Shown: positions 63,245-64,000 of the stretch, in pieces | Layout of the letters: every line of letters begins with the position of its first letter | Numbering within the stretch: the first letter of the stretch is position 1 | From: a virus | Lineage: Duplodnaviria > Caudoviricetes | Strand: one strand, 5' to 3' | IMG/VR virus record: IMGVR_UViG_3300037467_002055 | Location: 18,469 to 82,468 of that record | Length of the DNA: 64,000 bases | The notes under the pieces: generated by a model | Databases searched by the model: none | Told to the model about the DNA's origin: nothing | The model's input: the letters and a program-made list of their open reading frames with translations, nothing else | Program-made: the position numbers and the translations under genes

Positions 63245-64000
63245 GATGCGCGCGCCACTGGCGCGCCATTCTGTAAACCGTGCGTGCACGGCTTACAGAA
63301 TGAATCTCTGCGACGTCCCATATCGGATAAGTGCGCGCTAGCGCTGACGTCCCGCCCTTGTGGCGTGCGAGTTGTTTTGTCTGGCTACCGGACACTATGA
63401 CGCGCACCGATCTTTATCCGGCACGCTGGCTACGGCACGCATGCCCACAATTCGAGAATCCCTATACAGCATGCTTTGCATGTCGATTGCCTGCGCAATC
63501 AACACGACCGGAATCCGGGCCTGTTGGTGGCGAGTTCAGTGGCGCGACGGTGACGGAGCAGGTTCCCTGTAGGGATTCGTTGCAGTGGACAGAATCCACG
63601 AAGTCTGCATGTACGGCACGTAATGCGCCGTACAGCGCGTCAAACCAATCCCATCCGATGTAATCGGACCCGATCAAACGCAATAACGTTGTCGGATGGG
63701 CCAATCTTCCACCTTATCCCGTTGTCGCGATAACTACGTGACCGATCTACGGATTCGGCCGGTAATGAACCGTGTTTCCAAATTAAAAACTCGCCCTAGG
63801 TTATCGCAATTAAGCGATAAGCGATTAGGCTATTCACGGCGTCGCCAAGCTAAGCACTTGGCCGGAAGGATGTGCGATTGGACGCGTAAGAGAAAATCAG
63901 CGGCACAGAGGAAATGCTGTGCCGTGACGATGAGTAGGCCCGTGGCACGGCCAGTAGCGCCCTTGCATATGGCGCGTGATATGCAGGATTTACCCAGCGG
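63245..64000. ncRNA. Candidate structured non-coding RNA or structured leader (may continue beyond the window)
   Basis: About ten 6-9 bp stems in 760 nt and no convincing CDS. Strand and class unknown. Confidence 0.4.

Noticed and set aside
63901-63960. Hammerhead ribozyme near GTGACGATGAG
   Set aside because: The core differs from CUGANGA, and no GAAA follows the putative stem II.
1-64000. tRNA, rRNA, CRISPR array, integrase, alternative genetic code
   Set aside because: No cloverleaf, regularly spaced repeat array or recombinase motif was recognised by eye. All core genes read through intact in the standard code. tRNAscan-SE and a CRISPR finder would be needed to exclude them formally.

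Overview
The window is most of the genome of a GC-rich tailed dsDNA phage with siphovirus-type architecture: long tape measure, tail tube, G/GT tail chaperones, no sheath gene seen, and a lambda-gpA-type terminase. The host is probably a proteobacterium (inferred from RdgC, spanins and sigma70-like promoters). A plus-strand DNA metabolism arm (2480-27405) encodes RdgC, a C5 methyltransferase with a second ORF overprinted in another frame, a dCMP deaminase, SF2 helicase, primase-helicase, DEDDh exonuclease, MazG-like NTPase, dNMP kinase, TraR-like protein, PolA with a fused 5' nuclease, ligase, ThyA, a resolvase and an SbcCD-like pair. It converges with a minus-strand packaging, head, tail and lysis arm (62010 down to 27388). 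A second minus-strand module of virion-like genes runs off the left edge, and an inverted four-gene cassette (RHH, GIY-YIG, small virion-like protein, SGNH esterase) separates terminase from portal. Six free-standing homing-type endonucleases are present, several next to recoded segments of essential genes. A candidate cos site and phased A-tracts lie at 62055-62213, and a hairpin-dense, apparently non-coding region fills 63245-64000. No integrase, tRNA, rRNA, CRISPR array or reverse transcriptase was seen. All calls come from motif recognition by eye, with no database searches. Start codons were re-chosen from overlaps and RBS where the ORF track over-extended.
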